Below are positions 61,626 to 64,000 of a DNA stretch of 64,000 nt, in pieces (the stretch's first letter is position 1; each line of letters begins with the position of its first letter). Source of the stretch: Aquificaceae bacterium (lineage in GTDB: Bacteria; Aquificota; Aquificia; Aquificales; Aquificaceae). Made by a program: the position numbers and the translations under genes. The notes beneath the pieces were generated by a model. It was not told the DNA's origin, ran no database searches, and worked only from the letters and a program-made list of their open reading frames with translations. The stretch is from NCBI GenBank assembly GCA_037925075.1, contig JAXSNR010000001.1, positions 448,001 through 512,000 on the forward strand, in the 5' to 3' direction.

Positions 61626-62594
61626 ATGAAAAAGCTTTCAATACTCGGCTTTATTGGTATAGCCTTTGCACAACCCTTGATAGACCCACCCCTTACGGAC
61701 AGGCTCTTCCCTTATGTGAAATACGGAGAGGTCTGGACGGGCACTCCAGCCCAAGTTAAGGATGCCACCATACCAAATACACTTGTGGTCTATGGCTCAA
61801 AGGAAGACCCAGATGTAGTGGCCCTTGCGGGCAGGATAGCCTACTATCTTGGACAGTGGACGGAGGATATGGGCTTTACCGCAGAGGATGTAAGGCAGTC
61901 CAGAATGCCAGAGCTTTTGGTAAGCGACCAGAAGCTAAAAAGCCTTAGCTACCAAAACCTTATAGTGGTAGGCACAAACAACGAACTGGTAAAGGAGCTT
62001 GGACTGAGCTTTGAAAAGCCCACCATAAAGCTGGTGCAAAAGGAGGGCAAAAACATACTTGTGGTGGGTGGTGCCAACAAGGAACAGGTATTGCAGGCAG
62101 GAAGATATCTTGCGGATGTCCGGCTTAACTTCAAAGCGGGGGCATACAAGACCTTCTTCTCCTTTGTAACTCTTAGAGGATACATAGAAAGGGGTGAGTT
62201 TGATTCCGCCCTTAGGCTTGTCAAAAGTCCTGTGGGCTTGTCCGCCTGTGGCAAAAACATGGCTTTGGCTGGCCCCATGGTAGCCCAGTGGGGGGATGAC
62301 CTCAAGGCCGTGGTCAGACACAGAAACAACATACTCTACAATGAACTACCCAAAGCCCTTGAGGCAAGAGACAAGGAAAAAGCGGTAAGCCTTTGGAAGG
62401 AAGCCATGTTTACCTGCTACCAGTGCCATCAGGGCATAAACGTGCCACAGGTAAGGAAGTTCAAGCCCGTAGAAAGCATACACGCAAAACACCAACAAAT
62501 AGCGGAGAGCTTTGGCCTTGTTAAGGTTGTAGGCACAGAAAAGTCTTGCATAGCCTGTCATTCTGGTCCTACAAACATAAGAGGATACAAGTGA
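61626..62594 (+). CDS. Exported diheme c-type cytochrome of unknown function
   Basis: Sec signal (..IAFA/Q), CYQCH and CIACH heme motifs, strong AGGAGG RBS. Confidence 0.85.
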   Translation: MKKLSILGFIGIAFAQPLIDPPLTDRLFPYVKYGEVWTGTPAQVKDATIPNTLVVYGSKEDPDVVALAGRIAYYLGQWTEDMGFTAEDVRQSRMPELLVSDQKLKSLSYQNLIVVGTNNELVKELGLSFEKPTIKLVQKEGKNILVVGGANKEQVLQAGRYLADVRLNFKAGAYKTFFSFVTLRGYIERGEFDSALRLVKSPVGLSACGKNMALAGPMVAQWGDDLKAVVRHRNNILYNELPKALEARDKEKAVSLWKEAMFTCYQCHQGINVPQVRKFKPVESIHAKHQQIAESFGLVKVVGTEKSCIACHSGPTNIRGYK

Positions 62595-63232
62595 ATTATA
62601 CAGTTAAAAGGTGGGCTATAAGCCTTTTGCTTGTAGTCCTTTTTCCCCTCCTTCTTGTTCTTCTTGTGGTTCGCCTTGCCTTTACAGAGCCCTTTGTGGA
62701 GTTCTTGTACAAAAGGGTGGAGCTTCCCCATGATCCCATGCCTTATGAGCTAAGGCTAAGCATAGCAAAGATGGGATTAAGGTCTGTGCTTTCAGAAAAG
62801 GGCATGGAAGAATTTAAAAACTCTGGGCTTTTCAACGAGAGAGAGATAAGGCATATGGAGGATGTGAAAAGGCTTCTTAGCTTTTTCTTTGGCTTTTTTT
62901 ATTTTGGGCTTTTCCTTTGGCTTTTGGGATTTTTTAGCCTCAGAAAGAAAAAAGAGATGGGAAAGGTTCTCTTCTTTGGAAGTCTTCTTCTTGAAATCCT
63001 TGTTATTTTTGTCTTTTTGGCATCCATGATAAACTACCACTGGCTTTTTGAAGCCTTTCATAACCTCTTTTTTGACCCATATTCTTGGAGGTTCAGGGAC
63101 GAGGACATGCTTTTAAGGGTTTATCCTATGGATTTTTGGTTCAAGGCAACGCTTTACACAGCCTTTGGAATTTTCTTTTTAAATCTTATCCTTCAAGCGG
63201 TTGGCTTTATCCTTTGGAGAGGAGGTTCTTGA
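62591..63232 (+). CDS. TIGR01906/DUF1461 membrane protein, Lit (lipoprotein intramolecular transacylase) homologue
   Basis: E..HMEDVK and FEAFHNLFF...W.F....L...YP..F motifs; 4 TM. Confidence 0.75.
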   Translation: MNYTVKRWAISLLLVVLFPLLLVLLVVRLAFTEPFVEFLYKRVELPHDPMPYELRLSIAKMGLRSVLSEKGMEEFKNSGLFNEREIRHMEDVKRLLSFFFGFFYFGLFLWLLGFFSLRKKKEMGKVLFFGSLLLEILVIFVFLASMINYHWLFEAFHNLFFDPYSWRFRDEDMLLRVYPMDFWFKATLYTAFGIFFLNLILQAVGFILWRGGS

Positions 63233-64000
63233 GCTTTTCTTCCGTAGGTCCGGGCTTTCTTATGTGGTAGCCCTGTGCGTAGTCCACACCAAGGCTATGT
63301 AGTATATCAACAGTCTCTTGGTCCTCCACCTGTTCAGCAACGGTTTTTATACCAAGACTTTTAGCAATTTCCACCATGCTTTTTACAAAGGTTCTATCCA
63401 CAAGGGAATTCTTCATACTTCTTATAAACTCACCCTCAATCTTTAGAAGGTCTACGGGAAAATACTTAAGGTACGAAAAGGAGGCGTAGCCAGACCCAAA
63501 ATCGTCTATGGCAAACCTAAAGCCAGCTTCCTTTAAGCCTTTTAGAAAACTACTCACCCCGCCTATATCTTGTATTGCCTCCCTTTCTGTTATCTCAAAG
63601 ACTACGCTGTTAGGTTTAACACCATACATCTCCACCCTTTGCACCACATCCTTTATAAACTCCTCTGTGAGATCCTGAGGTGAGAGATTTATAAACAACA
63701 AAATACTTTCGTAACTGTCTAAGGTGGAAATCTGTTTAAACAACTGTTCTATTAAGGCAAGGTCTAACTTCCGGATAAGCCCCATCTCCTCTGCCATAGG
63801 TATAAACCTACCTGCAGGAAGAAGTTCACCATCTACTTTTAATCTCATTAGAGCTTCAAAGCCTTCAACTTTACCAGTACTCAGGTTAACTATATCCTGC
63901 AAGAACACATCTATAGACATCCTTTCAAGGCTTTCTAAGATAGCCCTTTCAACTCTTCTGAAGGATGTGTATATTTCTTTTACAGGTTCTTCCACAACCT
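63207..64000 (-). CDS. EAL-domain phosphodiesterase (5' end outside window)
   Basis: EALMR, FINLS, FEITE, IDDFGSG, AEQVE, QGY. Confidence 0.92.
   Translation of the reverse strand, partial: VVEEPVKEIYTSFRRVERAILESLERMSIDVFLQDIVNLSTGKVEGFEALMRLKVDGELLPAGRFIPMAEEMGLIRKLDLALIEQLFKQISTLDSYESILLFINLSPQDLTEEFIKDVVQRVEMYGVKPNSVVFEITEREAIQDIGGVSSFLKGLKEAGFRFAIDDFGSGYASFSYLKYFPVDLLKIEGEFIRSMKNSLVDRTFVKSMVEIAKSLGIKTVAEQVEDQETVDILHSLGVDYAQGYHIRKPGPTEEKLKNLLSKG

Noticed and set aside
61441..64000. Genomic island integrated at tRNA-Pro
   Set aside because: No integrase and no duplicated tRNA 3' end seen; downstream genes have host-like codon style

Overview
Gene-dense chromosomal segment of a thermophilic Aquificaceae bacterium (Hydrogenobacter/Thermocrinis-like). 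The assignment is inferred from protein sequences, scattered operons, the split atp genes and many overlapping genes. About 60 CDS are mostly housekeeping: hisA, hemH, ndk, atpH/F/F', pilT-pilC, rpsB-tsf-pyrH-frr, fabH-plsX-rpmF, nadB, tpiA, gcvT, selU, gatA, dnaJ-hspR, purF, kdsA, proB, pdxA, pepA, ilvBN, argJ, rodA, mtaD, plus a tRNA-Pro(CGG). The most interesting signal is a dispersed sulfur-oxidation set. It comprises (1) sorAB sulfite dehydrogenase, (2) a fccB-Rieske-fccB module with no FccA cytochrome and an internal sigma54 promoter plus enhancer palindrome, and (3) an uncharacterised exported diheme cytochrome c with an unusual domain fusion and a free Cys. The upstream regions of sorA, fccB1 and the cytochrome share a tandem LysR-box/-35/-10 architecture, suggesting one regulon and a role for the orphan cytochrome in sulfur oxidation. 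Other points: a ~1.1 kb foreign-looking insert between ilvB and fccB, a Lit (lipoprotein transacylase) homologue in a diderm, and a structured rpsB leader. No CRISPR array, rRNA, transposase or integrase was seen. All assignments come from motif recognition, without database searches.
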